DNA of 64,000 nt from Octopus sinensis (lineage: Eukaryota): positions 44,516,001 through 44,580,000 of the forward strand of contig NC_043009.1 in assembly GCF_006345805.1 (NCBI RefSeq), written 5' to 3'. A program made the translations under genes and the position numbers. Numbering within the stretch: position 1 is the stretch's first letter; the number at the start of each line of letters is the position of its first letter. Positions 24,961 to 37,266 of this stretch are shown here, one piece after another. The notes under the pieces were generated by a model that was not told the DNA's origin, did not search any database, and saw only the letters and a program-made list of their open reading frames with translations.

Positions 24961-27900
24961 ACAGCAGTGGGAGTTTATCATGAATATTAAGGACTTCAAC
25001 TAACATACCATAATTTTGTCATGCATATATACGACAGGCTTCTTTCAGTTTCCGTCTATCAAATCCACTCACAAGGCTTTGGTTGGCCCGAGGCTATAGT
25101 AGAAGACACTGGGACTGAACCAGGAACCATGTGGTTGGTAAGCAAGCTACTTACCACACAGCCACTCCTGCGCCTATCTAAAAACAATTAGCAAAAGCAT
25201 GACATTTTATGAAGCCATACTCACTTGCATGTAACAGCTGTGTATACAAACTTTTAAGAAATTGTTTTCTTTATTCCAGATTCCTTTTGTCTTCAATTTC
25301 CTGATTTTCTATTTTGGGAGGCTATATTTAATATTTACTCTTTCTTTGACAATTTCTATAAATAGACCTTTTGGGATTTTTAAATTCCACCCTGCTTTGA
25401 TCTTGGATGTGAACTAGTGTTTTTGATTGTCGGTAAAGATGTACCAACTTTTCTGTACTGCCTTTGGCGTAAAATGGATAACGCAAGGAGGGAGAAAAAA
25501 AATAACAATCTGTTTTTTAGAAAAATTTACAAAAGAGTCTGCAGTAATTTAATTTCTATTTTTATGTCATATTTATTAGATGGATTATTGTTGAATTCTT
25601 TTGAGTTTATTAATGTTGGCTGATAGAGTTTTCTGGAGTGTTAAAGAAAATAAGATTCCTCATGCAAGAAATAAATGTTTAGGTAACCAACAAAAGATTT
25701 ATAACACATTAACTCATGGGAAGTCTAGACGATGTTGATAGTTGATATACTGTAAAATAGATTGGTTAAACTCTTCAATATAGTAATTATTAACAAGAGA
25801 AGCAGTATTAAAACCAAAAGGCAATTTTTGTATCCAACTTAATGTGGATGTATTGGTAGAGCTCTGAATATTGTGTTATTTACCTTAAGAGGATTTCTTA
25901 TATGGGTGCATGGTACATACAAGCACACATGTTTATATTATTAGCAGATGAGAATTACTTTCTGTCACTAATAATTATTTTTTTGATAAACCTGCTGGCT
26001 ATTTGCAACATCAGTGCCTGAATACACTCTGAAATTCCTTATATTGATGGCAGTAAGGTTTGGTTGGTATGCAGCTACCAGACATCTGCCACTGAAGAGA
26101 TGGGCCATGTTGAAATCACATGATCTGGCAGTTTTGATCCCCGTGGTAGATGATTTTCATTTGCCAGAAATATGTGTGTACTTTTATCTACCATGCAGCT
26201 ATATGAGAGGTCCTCTCAAGATATATAATACAGTATTTGGTGCTTTAACAATACATCAACTTTAAGTTGGCAATAAAAATTGCCTTCAATATAGTGCTTA
26301 AGGAAGGCTAATTACTCCATTTCTGTTGTCTTGGCAGTGCCACTGCATGGCTGCAGACTATTAATTGGAACCAGTAAGAGAGTATTCTTATCAGTTTACA
26401 ATTTCTGAATATTTTCACAGCTGAAGGACCTTTCTTCTATGAAACCATTAAACTGTGAAATAAAGGGCTTCGTGGTATTTGACTGGTCATCAGTAGTTGA
26501 CTGTTCACTGGGTAAATTTACAAGCCAAGTTATATGACTTTCATTAAAGCTTAAAATGAAATATCTACAGCAAGGTACAAAATTCCTGGTAAAAAGGTTG
26601 CAGAGAATATTGGTCTCAAATTTTGGCACAAGGCCTGCAATTTTAGTGGAGGGGCTAAGTTGATTAAATTGACCCCAGTACTCAACTGGTACTTATTTTA
26701 TCAACCCCAGAAGGAAGAAAGGCAAAGCTGACCCCTATGGCATTTGAACCCAGAATGTAAAGATGAAGGAAATGCTACTAAGCATTTTGCCTATGGTTCT
26801 ACCAGCTCACTGCCTTAAGGTTCTAGAAAATATTAATGTGAGAACAATAAACAATATATATAAATTCTCATTTATTTCCTGTAAGCCACCTGAAGGTAAA
26901 CCTTTGCTGGCCTATTTATTATTTAATTCAACATGCCCAATACATTTACTTCCAAATGTTCATGAAGTACAGGCTTGAAGATTTAGATAAGGCAGTAATT
27001 CAGAAAAAAAATTAAACTTTCTAATTACAATATGTATAAAAAGACAGTTTGAATTTTGTTGTAAAAATAGTTTTGCCAATGAATGGAAAATATTGCTGAG
27101 ATAAAACGTCAATGAAGAGTGCAGGTAACTTGGCAAAATTGAGATATGGTAAATTGATGTCTTGTTCAGCTGAAAAGAGTCATTATTAAGACTAGCTGAA
27201 ACGAAAGTAAACAACTGAGTTCTTGTTCAGGCAGAGTTGTGGCTATAAGAGACAGAGGAAAGCCTTGAGTTTTATTCATATTGCAAATATATGGCTGAGA
27301 GATACTGTTCTCATTGGTTCAATAAACCAATGAAATTGGTGGAAAGCAAACTTCATCTGGTAGCTGGAGAATCACTACATTAGCTTCCTTTTAGATTGAG
27401 AACCAGCAATTAGTAAGCATTAAAATAATGCAAAAGATAGTGAAAACTGATGATATAGAGGGTGAGAGTTGGTAAAGGGATTGACAAAATATACAATGCA
27501 TACTTGAGCAATGTGCAAATGATCTGCGTGATATGAGAGCAATATGCAACTGGATCTGCATTAGTGGCTTTGTATAATGTGTTTGCAAGATACAAGTGGC
27601 TCTGTCCCGAGGTTACACAACAGCAACGACAAACATTTTAAACTTTTTCAGCTTAAAAGTTTATATTACTTTTACAATCATGATTTTTTTCCTGTTCAAA
27701 TGTTTGAAAATTCTCCAAAATGCAAGAAATGTGAATTTGAACGTGTATATGCCTTAATATCTTGTATGTTTCCTATGAGAGTATCTGGTTTTATTGATGT
27801 CTACACCCTGTCTGCAAACTATTTTAGTGTGGACAAATTGGTGTAAAAAAGAACCCACACACTCGCACACACATGAACTTAAGTTAGAGAGAGTGGGGAG

Positions 27901-30091
27901 TGCCTGTGTGTGTAATATATTTTTGTTTGCTTTCATCGAGCAGTTTATTCAGTAATCATTTCATAATTTTTCCTTCTAATTATATCGGTGTGTTTTATGG
28001 AATAGATGTCTGGTATGTGTGTATGTGTATGCACACATGATCACCTACACATTCGCATGCATGTGTAGGCTCCTTGATAAGTAGTAAAACCAGTTTCTAT
28101 TACCAGTCTTCAGTGCAAGACACTCTCCTTCTCTCTCTGTCATTTTAACATGTTTTTCCATGTTAGCATGAATTGGACAATACTATCTCATTACACATCT
28201 CTCTCTCACACTCACTCACTCACACACACACACACACACACATACACACACACACAGACCAAGTAAATAGTTTTCGCTACCTATATGAATGCATTTCAAA
28301 TTTATTTATTTATAATTGCTTTCAATAGATTTTCACTGGTTGTTTATAAAAATGTGTACTTGAACTTTTGTGTCTTCTGATCAGACAGAAAAGAGACTTC
28401 AAAGTGTCATTTAATTCTAATTCTAGTTTTAACATAAACGATAAGACCAAGAAATGTGATTTTAACTACCAGAAAAGTTTGAAACCTGGTCTTTTACGTT
28501 TCAGTATTCTGATTGTATGTTCTTTAGTCTTTGCTTTTTCATTGTAAAAGACATTTTATTCTTATGGCCATGCTGGGGCACTACCATGACGGATTTAGTT
28601 GATCAGATCTAGCCTGTACTTAAATCTGATATTTATTCTAACAGTGTCTTTTTATTGAACCACTAACTTATAAGGATATAAACAAACCAACACCAGTTCT
28701 CATTCTGAGACACACACACACACACACGCGCGCACGTGCGTTAAGCTTCTACACAGTCGTTGTCTACCAAATTTACTTGCAAGACATTGGTTACCTCAAG
28801 ACACAGTGTAGAAGACACAAACACAAGGCAAACCTGAAGCCACGTGGTTGCAGAGTGAACTTCTTACTCACACAACCATGGTCACCCAACCTGCTAGAAA
28901 TAGGAGCCAAATCAATGATAATAATAAATGATTTCTTTTATTCGCTACAAGGCCTCAGGAGTAGAGCACATAGGTTACGCAGAAAAACAAAACAGGAAAC
29001 AGTGGGAGATCAACAATGTGGCTGCAAAGACATCCTTACCAGATAACAATAAATGTAGTAATAACAGTAAAGATCCAATATAACAAGAGAGAAGATCTTC
29101 AAAATAGAAAGGTGACTCAGGGCACACCACACTCAACACAGAAATACCTAGATACATCAAAAGCAGGTACCTTTTCCTAGTTCTTACCACCAACCTATAG
29201 TTGCATACATAAGCTGGCCCAATTCCACTACTTGATCCAACTTTCAAAGCATTTACGGGGGGATGGTGGGGAGGCTGCATCTTTCTTTCTACCGCCAATG
29301 CTACCTTCCATCACATAATTTATAAAGAAATTCCTTAATTAATATTTGGATGTAGTGATTGAAAACAGGAAGTGTCTTCATATTAACAAAAAAACAAAAT
29401 GAAAGTTAAACAAAGCTGCATTTTGGTGTGCAGTAAAAACATGCAACAAAAGTAAGGTTATTACTTTAATAATAATAATTCCAAATTTTGCGATAAGGGC
29501 AGTCATTTTAGGGGAAAAAATGAGTCAGTTACATCAACTCCCAAGTTCCACTGGTACTTAATTTCTCGACCCAGAAAAGATGAAAGGCAGTGTCAACCTG
29601 GGCGGAATTTGATCACAGAACATAGCAATGGGGGAAACACTGCTAAGCATTTCATCCAGTGTACTAACGATTCTACCAGCTCGCCGCCTTAATAATGATA
29701 ATAATAATAATAATAATAATAATAAACAAAGAGAACAGAAAGTGCCAGGTAATTAACTGTACAGTCTCAAATGGTGAGAAAGTCAATGTGAGAGGTATTG
29801 AGAAAATTACAAAGTACCAAATGCAATGTTGAAAGCACCCTTTAGTTATAGGTGCATTAGGAACTATCCCTAAAGATTTCAACAGGTGCATAGAGGAAAT
29901 ATGCATAAAACCTATTTTAGTGCTGCTCCAGAAAACAGTATTATTAGAGACAGCCAGGATTTAGGAAGGTTCTTGGCATCTATGTTTACTTGTTGTAGCC
30001 TGATATTAGGAATTTTTTTCTTTTTCCAACAGTTTAATCTGTTGTGTGTATATGAAATAATAATAATAATAATATTTTTTATATTTTCCAG

Positions 30092-30389
30092 AAATGGAAG
30101 CGGCGTTTTTTTGTGTTGTTCAAGCCAGCAGCTAGCTTACCCGAACAGTTTGTACTAAACTACTATGGAGATGAGCAGTGCCGCAAACGGAAAGGTCACA
30201 TTGATCTGGAGCAATGTGAACAGATAATCGAATCGCTGGATGTCGGAGAATACCCGAATGTACTCTCGATCAAGACAATCCACAAAGGAAAAGAAAGAGT
30301 GTACTTTTTGGCCACCGAGACAGAAGACGACATGATCACCTGGGTACAAAACCTTTGTTATGTCTGTGGCATGAAACAAGAAGAAAATC
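30092..30389 (+). CDS. Gab: Gab/Dos-family docking protein, PH-domain exon (KWKRRFFVLFKP...YFLATETEDDMITWVQNLCYVCGMKQEEN)
   Basis: Acceptor ttttccag| at 30091 and donor |gtaagt at 30390; 298 nt, phase 0 to 1. WKRRxFVL, LNYY, IDLEQCEQ, YFLA...EDDMxxWVxxLCxVCG match the Gab PH domain as I recall it, including the CxxCG end, and the phases match my recollection of vertebrate GAB exon 2. Confidence 0.92.
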
Positions 30390-31556
30390 GTAAGTAGACT
30401 TCTTTGATTCTCCCATCTATCTTTCTCTTTCTTATCAAAGTTCTGTCTGCAGTCTCAGGGTCCTAGGCTCAGTTCCATGGCATTCCACCATGGGTTTTTT
30501 TTTATTATCCAAAGACATGCGAGTGAAATTTTGTAGAGAGAAACTGTGCTGAAACTCAGTGAACATGTGTGTATGTATATTTGTGCATGTGTATATACAT
30601 GTATATATGGAAGACACTAAACCTTACAGAGAAAGATGGCAAAGGACTGGGATATCTGGTGCCTTGCTGTACTCAAGCAAAAAGACCCATCCTCCATGGC
30701 AGAAGTGTTAATGCTACTCCTCCTGATGAAGGAGATTGGCCTGCAAGAGTCACGTGCCAGTGCCACATAAAATGTACTTGTGCTGGTGACACGTGAAAGT
30801 GCTCATACCAGTGCAATGTTAAAAGCACCCAGCACACTCTGTAAAGTGGTTGGTGTTAGGAAGGGCATCCAGCCATAGAAACCAACCGAAATCAGATTAA
30901 AACCTGGTGCAGCTCTCCTACTTGCCAGCTCTGGTCACACTGTTCTACAGGTACACAATAAATCCTTGAAAAACGAGCGTAAAACGATAATGATGTTTGT
31001 GCATGTGTGTATATATATATGTATATATGTTTGTGTGTATATATATTATCATTTTAGCTTTCAATTTTTTGTTTGCATGTACCACAATTTAATGGGGTAA
31101 ATTTTTCTAAAGCCAAACGCACTTCCTGTTACCAACCCTCATATGTTTCTGAGCAACATAATACCCCCCCCCACTCACACCCATAGCCATATGTGCTTTC
31201 ACAGAATATTGGAAAGGTATGACACTGCTTATATGACAATGACACTCATTTATAACTGTCATGCAATATCACGACAAGGCAACACATACACACCCTAATA
31301 TCACAGGCTTCTTTTGGTTTCTTTCTGTCTACTAAATCCACTTGTGAGACTCTGGTTGGCTCAGGGCTTTAGTAGAAGACACTTGTTCAAGGTTCCACGC
31401 TGTGGGACTGAACCTCAAACTATGTGGTTGAGAAGCAAACTTTATAACCATAGAGTCATACTTGTGTCTCTGTTGTTTTATCTCTCTCTCTTTATCTATC
31501 TATCTATCTACATATATATATATATATACTTTATTTAAGGCAGCAAAAAATTCAAC

Positions 31557-31605
31557 AAAAACCTGTTACTCTGAGTTTCACGTTGCCGTTCATTGGACAG
31601 TTTTT
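31557..31605 (-). ncRNA. Inverted, probably inactive copy of the same hammerhead (G5A)
   Basis: Minus strand reads CCAATGA ACG-GCAA-CGT GAAACTCAGAGTA|ACAGG. Helix III ACTC-A-GAGT is a palindrome, but core G5 is A. Confidence 0.6.
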
Positions 31606-31645
31606 GCTAGAATCACGTTGCCGTTCATTGGACAGTTTTTCTAGC

Positions 31646-31694
31646 AAAAACTGTCCGATGAACGGCAACGTGAAACTCACAGTAACAGGTTTTT
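31646..31694 (+). ncRNA. Type I minimal hammerhead ribozyme candidate (U4C core variant)
   Basis: AAAAACTGT (helix I) CCGATGA ACG-GCAA-CGT (helix II, GNRA loop) GAA AC-TCACA-GT A| ACAG(G)TTTTT (helix I). All core positions are canonical except U4; GUA cleavage triplet. Confidence 0.7.
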
Positions 31695-31791
31695 GTTGAA
31701 TTTTCTGCTGCTTTAAATAAAGCATATTACTCTACCACTGGTATTTGAGTACTCTTTTTTCCACCTTGTTTCACATTTATGTGTTTACTCC

Positions 31792-31825
<34 letters not shown>

Positions 31826-31955
31826 ATAAAAGGGGATTTATAAACTGAGATGTGTCCTCAGTCAGTACATCTGCAAACGCTAACAGAATGTATTCTTAAA
31901 ATGACTGTATGAAGGAATAACTATATCATAATTTCCATTCTTGGACTTACTATAT

Positions 31956-31997
<42 letters not shown>

Positions 31998-32740
31998 ATA
32001 TATATACATACATACATACAGTAATCCCTCGCCATATCATGTTTTAGTATTTAAGCTTACGTCAATTTCTCTGTGGTGTTGTTTTGCATTTATAATAAAA
32101 TAAATATATATGTTGTTTTATCTCTCTCTCTCTCTCTATTTATCTATCTATCTATCTACACACATATATATATATATACTTTATTTAAAGCAGCAAAAAA
32201 TTCAACAAAAACCTGTGTCATTTTCAGCTACTCTTTGGCATGGAAACATTATGCATTCTGTGTCCTTTCCCTACACTGTTCCGATCCAAAGTTTGTTTTA
32301 TCAAATATCTCTCTTGTCTTCTTAGCATATGGCCTACTCATCTCTCTTATGTTTTTTAGTTATTTGTTGGTCAGTCGGTTACATCAAGTTGCACCATTTG
32401 TCTTTCTCTTCTTTTCGTAACCAGTGGAGCGCAAAGCACTTCTCACAACTGCAAGGTCATGAGATGGTTGAGACTTGTAAACAGGTTTGAGTAGGAACCG
32501 GAAAGTATAAGCACAATGTGCATGTGTACACTGGATTCATAAAACAGAAGAGAAGAATAAAAACACAATGCACATGTCACATCTCACACAGCTTTGCTGA
32601 AATTTTCTTGTTATTTCCTATTTACAAGATTCTAGAATTCTTTAATTTGCTTTTAACTATTTTTTCATGTGAATGGTTCACTATTGTTGCCTCTGCTATT
32701 ACTGCAGCAGTAGTTATCCAAGGTTTTAAACCATTAACCA

Positions 32741-33125
32741 TTCTGTTACTTACCTGCCTAAGATTACCCTTTGTGCTATGATAAGGAAGGAATTACATCC
32801 GTGTTTCTTGGTCTGCTACCACAACAGCTTCTTTATAGGATCCAGCTTCTTTATAGGATCAGGAGGAACCACGTCCGGTTTTGGCCCCTACTCCTCTACC
32901 GTTTTGACGTGGCAGGGCCCCCACTTTCGGAGGTGTCTTCAGCTTTGGTGTTGGGTGCATGTCTTTCTTCTTCTTCTTTCTTCTGTTCCCTGGCCGGATA
33001 AAATAAAAAGTGGGGGGGCAGAAAAGAAGAAGAAAGAAGACATGCACCCAACACCAGAGCTGAAGACACCTCCGAAAGGTGTTCTGTTACTTACCTGCTT
33101 AAGACTGCCCTTTGTGCTATGATAA
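32741..33125. repeat. 44-bp direct repeats enclosing an insert with ~60-bp inverted repeat
   Basis: Direct repeats 32741-32784 and 33082-33125 (3 mismatches); inverted arms 32924-32985 and 33019-33078. Confidence 0.85.
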
Positions 33126-33734
33126 AACTTTTTGATGTAAAGTGATCCAAATTAAAAGCTCCCTTCAAAATTCTATGTTAATTTATGTTCCAGACAAAGT
33201 TACTTCACTAAATTCTTCATTATTTTCAAAATTAATTGAAACAAAAAGACAAGTGTATTTCAGCATAAATGTGGTAACAAAAGGTTTTAAAAAACGGGAG
33301 ATTTAACATGTGAGAGGTAGGACCATCTTAATGGCATTATCAATCTCCAGGCAAAGCAATGCACTGTTCCTTAAATACACCACCATAACATGAGACCTTA
33401 AACTAATGAGAATACTGGGCAACTGACCAGAGGCCCCCCATAACTTAGGACAGCACTGCTGAGAAGAATTGGGAGGTCATGCTGTTTATAAGATATCATC
33501 AATGAAGGATACACAACGTTGATTTCTTGTCATTTACTCTTGGTTTATTCAAGGAATTTGATTTCACCACTATCAGTATTGTGGGCAGTGGTGTTGGTGC
33601 ATTTTTTTGACCAATAAAAATTGTTTTAACAACTTCATGTAATTCTCTTTCTTTCCTTTCTTTTTTGATTCCTTTGAATTTTCTCTTCATTTCTTCTGCT
33701 AATAATTACATTCCTGTTCTTGTTCTGCTTTCAG

Positions 33735-34796
33735 CCACTGATATTCCCGGTCCACCACAGCCACCAATGCGTGTAGACTCACATCGATCACAGACATCAA
33801 ACACATTAACATCTCAACCTAGGTATCAAGCCGGACCAAATTTACCATCTAACAACCAGGACTCCCCGTATCTTTTTATATCACAATGTCACTCAGGACA
33901 GACATCAAAGACATCAAGTGAGCGGCACCGTTCCAGTGTGGATAGTATACCCGATGAACTGGCTCCCCCACCACCTCCAGCAAAACACAATAACTACATG
34001 TCAGGGGAATCTATCACTGATGCGCACTATGATCATCCACGGTCATGTGATTCTTTTGTGGAAGATGATGGTGTCTACAAAACCCCTCCAAGTCGAAACA
34101 TGACATGGAGCAATGGGGAGGCTTCAATGATGTATGATGTGCCTCTCGCTACTCGGAATGGATTTTCCCGGGAGAGATTTTCCTCTGAAAGATCTTCTTC
34201 AGATATGAAGGATGTTTTTTATGATGTCCCCCCGAGAAAGTCAGACCCGAGTGTGTGCTATGACACCCCTCCCTTAAGAACATCGAGCCTAGACCCTAAG
34301 GTGCCAGCACGGCCACAAAGGCACATGTCCAATTCAGAAGCTTATCAGAATATACCGTATAACAGCAAATGCTATTACAACACATCTTACGGTTCTTCGT
34401 CTGTAAACCTTCGTGGGCAACCCCCAAGACCTGCTCCCCGTGGTCACAGCAAAAGCTATTCTCTCAAGACCTCGAGTCTCGATGGAGAAAATCTTAATTT
34501 GAACTTATGCCCGCCCCCTCCATGTGGTTCTCGAGACAACCAGCCTTCACATGGCTACGTAAATGCTCCTGCATTAGGTTCAAATTCTGTGAGTCCAGAC
34601 AACCCAGATGACCTCTATGTACCAATGGAAGGACCCACCCAAGACACAATTCGTGGTAGATTAAGCGCTGATCAAAGCTTTGTTGATGCCAAACCTTATA
34701 ACTGTGTTGCAATGAATGAGGCTGTTTACACTGATATGTCTAAACCTGGTCCGTGTGCAGGAAAAGAGGCAATATGGCCAAATCAGAATCAAGCAG
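33735..34796 (+). CDS. Gab: Gab/Dos docking-region exon (354 codons, phase 1-1)
   Basis: Acceptor ctgctttcag| and donor CAG|gtaagt, in frame with the PH exon (C+CC=Pro). Encodes PYLFISQC (resembles the Gab post-PH motif), PPPPPAK, PARPQR and PPRPAPR proline motifs, five YxxP (YDHP, YKTP, YDVP x2, YDTP), YxN (YQN, YYN, YVN) and two YxxM (YVPM, YTDM). Confidence 0.88.
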
Positions 34797-36060
34797 GTAA
34801 GTTATTCTGTTTTTATCATCACTAACATACAGAGTAGATGTGGGTATATTTTAGTCTTGGCAGACAATGCCCCTAGTGCCAATAGTACAATACAAAGCAC
34901 CCCAGTCTGTGGTGTAAAGCGATTGGCAATAGAATGAAGATCCAGCCATAAAAAAAAACCATAACCTTGCTCCAAGAAATTAAAATAAAGTAAAAAATAA
35001 AACCCCCAAAATTATAAATCACAAAAAAATGAACAGATGTATGTGCAGGCATGGCTGTGTGGTAAGAGGCTTGCTTCTCAACCACATGGTTCTAGGTTCA
35101 GTCCCACTGCATGGCACTTTGGGCAAGTGCCTTCTACTATAGTCTCAAGCTAACCAAAGCCTTGTGAGTGGATTTGGCAGATGGCAACTAAAAGAAGCCT
35201 GTTGTGTGTGTGTATATATATATATATGGATTGATTTCCTTCAACAACCTTAGCTTCAAAGACACTTCTGTTGGTTTGGTCATGCACTTTGTTGCCCATG
35301 GATTAAATCCATTTGTGGTACAGTCACACCAGAACCCCAAGGATGGCGCAAATGGTGAGACAGAGCTAGCTGTAAACTTGGATTAATATAATCTGGCTCC
35401 TTAGGGTTCATATAAGGTTTTTGTGCCCCTGAAAAAGTTTTACTTTAGATGTATGTATTGGTATGTATCACAAGAAACAACTAGGTTTCTTTCTCTAACA
35501 TTTTACATCTTCTTAACAACACAGTCCTGCTTGCACTTATTGTATGGTAAAATTGGAAAGAGATTTATTTAGTTGCTAATATTGGCAAGTCAAGCAATCA
35601 CATACCAACTTCTTTATTGGATTGCTTTGATATATGGGAACATTGAGAGAAGACATGGCCAAACTATCAAACTTTACTGCATACAATACTTGTATAAACA
35701 TATTGTATTAACATGAGATTAGCTGTTTGTGGTATTTGATTCAAGCAGAATATGGAAATAGATTTAATTTGATAATTTTGATATCATCTGGAAATACAAA
35801 GGTTAAGGTGTGTTAGCTTTTGTTTTGTACGCCTAACTGCAGAAAGTTGCTGTTACTATTGTGTGACCTAAGCCTAAGTACATGACACAAAGCATGCATC
35901 AGTTTATTTCATTCATTATCAAAGCAGTTTTGACTTCCCACTTTCTAACAGGAAGGGCATCTGGCAATGACAACCCGGTTGGTGGGTTTTAATTCTGTAG
36001 TGAGTTTAACTATATACACATGACTTGTCCTTTTTATACATAGAAACGGTCCTCCCCCCC

Positions 36061-36115
<55 letters not shown>

Positions 36116-36246
36116 AGAGAGAAAGAAAGAAACACAGATATATAAATATATATATATACAGGGTATATATTTGATCCATTCACATAAGGTATGGATTTCC
36201 CAATTACTTTCCATTTTATCACATGCAGTGCTTCACGGATCAGTAC

Positions 36247-36294
<48 letters not shown>

Positions 36295-37232
36295 CACATA
36301 CATACATACACACACATATATGATAATGATATATGTATGTACATATTTATATGATATGTGTCTGTGTTTGCCCTCAGCCATCGCTTGACAGTTGATGTTG
36401 GTGTGTTTATGTCCTTGTTCAGTGAAAGAGACCAATAGAATAGGTACTAGGGTTAGGAAGAATAAGTTCTGGAGTCAATCTCCAGCACGGTCACAGTTAA
36501 ATGACTGAAACAAGTAAAAGAAGAAAAGAATATATATACTGTGGTTGATGTTAGAAAGGGCGTCTGGGTGTAGAACCCACACCAAACTGAAATAATAGAG
36601 CGTGACATGGTCCTTTGATTTTTGGGATCCTGTTGATTTTGAAGATAGAAAGTGGACATAAAATACTCGTGATTGCGCACACCCACAAACATGATATAAT
36701 ATTATTTAGATCTTAGGTTTGTATTAAATTATCTCATTTGTTCCCCCTTTATTGTATTTTTTTCTTCTTTTTCTCTCATTTTCTTTTCTTCTTCAATTTG
36801 AAAAACCTTCTCTGACTCATGTTTCATTTGTGAGAAGACATTTACGTATAAAGGAACAGTCTTTCTCTCTCTCTCTACCCAGACAGTATCACTTGTCATG
36901 TAAGAGTCATTTACAAAGCAGCTTGTCTAATCCATAAATATTGTGTGTGTGTGTGTGAGTAAGAGAGAGAGAGTGTGTGTGTGTGTGGTAGTGGGGGTGG
37001 GGTATCATTAGTATAGCATGATATGGAGTGTAGACTATGACTGCTAGAGAAACAGGAGTGGGACATGGTGGTGGTGGTGGTGACAAAGTGAATGAAATGT
37101 CATCGGATGATGACAAGACAGAGACTGGGATGACAGAACAGCAGCATATCAACACTTCCTGTTGTATGTCAAGGTTTAGAGAGAGTAAATTGATTGGGAA
37201 ATGAAGAGGGAGATGGGGGATGGTTGAGGAGG

Positions 37233-37266
<34 letters not shown>

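Larger units (their letters stand above)
31529..31793. mobile_element. Penelope-like pseudo-LTR fragment with 82-bp inverted duplication, flanked by (TA)n
   Basis: Arms 31529-31610 and 31641-31722 (4 mismatches); the spacer is a partial third copy; the right arm continues to a (TA)n run at ~31794. The Penelope assignment is inferred from the minimal hammerhead and inverted arrangement; no ORF was seen. Confidence 0.5.

Noticed and set aside
28090-28115. Minus-strand CTGAAGA-CTGGTAATA-GAAACTGGTT
   Set aside because: Neither helix I nor helix II pairs; it lies beside a degenerate RTE-tail fragment.
32217-32740. Possible Penelope RT/GIY-YIG coding remnant next to the hammerhead copies
   Set aside because: Manual translation of the minus strand gave only short open stretches and one CxxCxxC-like patch, with no GIY-YIG or RT motif.
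33060-33078. CTGAAGA-CACCTCC-GAAAG, hammerhead-like spacing in both arms of the 32.9-kb inverted repeat
   Set aside because: No helix II closing pair, no convincing helix I, and no properly placed NUH site.
33665-33734. N-terminal 23 codons of the 386-aa ORF
   Set aside because: This is the intronic polypyrimidine tract; the exon starts at the AG at 33734.
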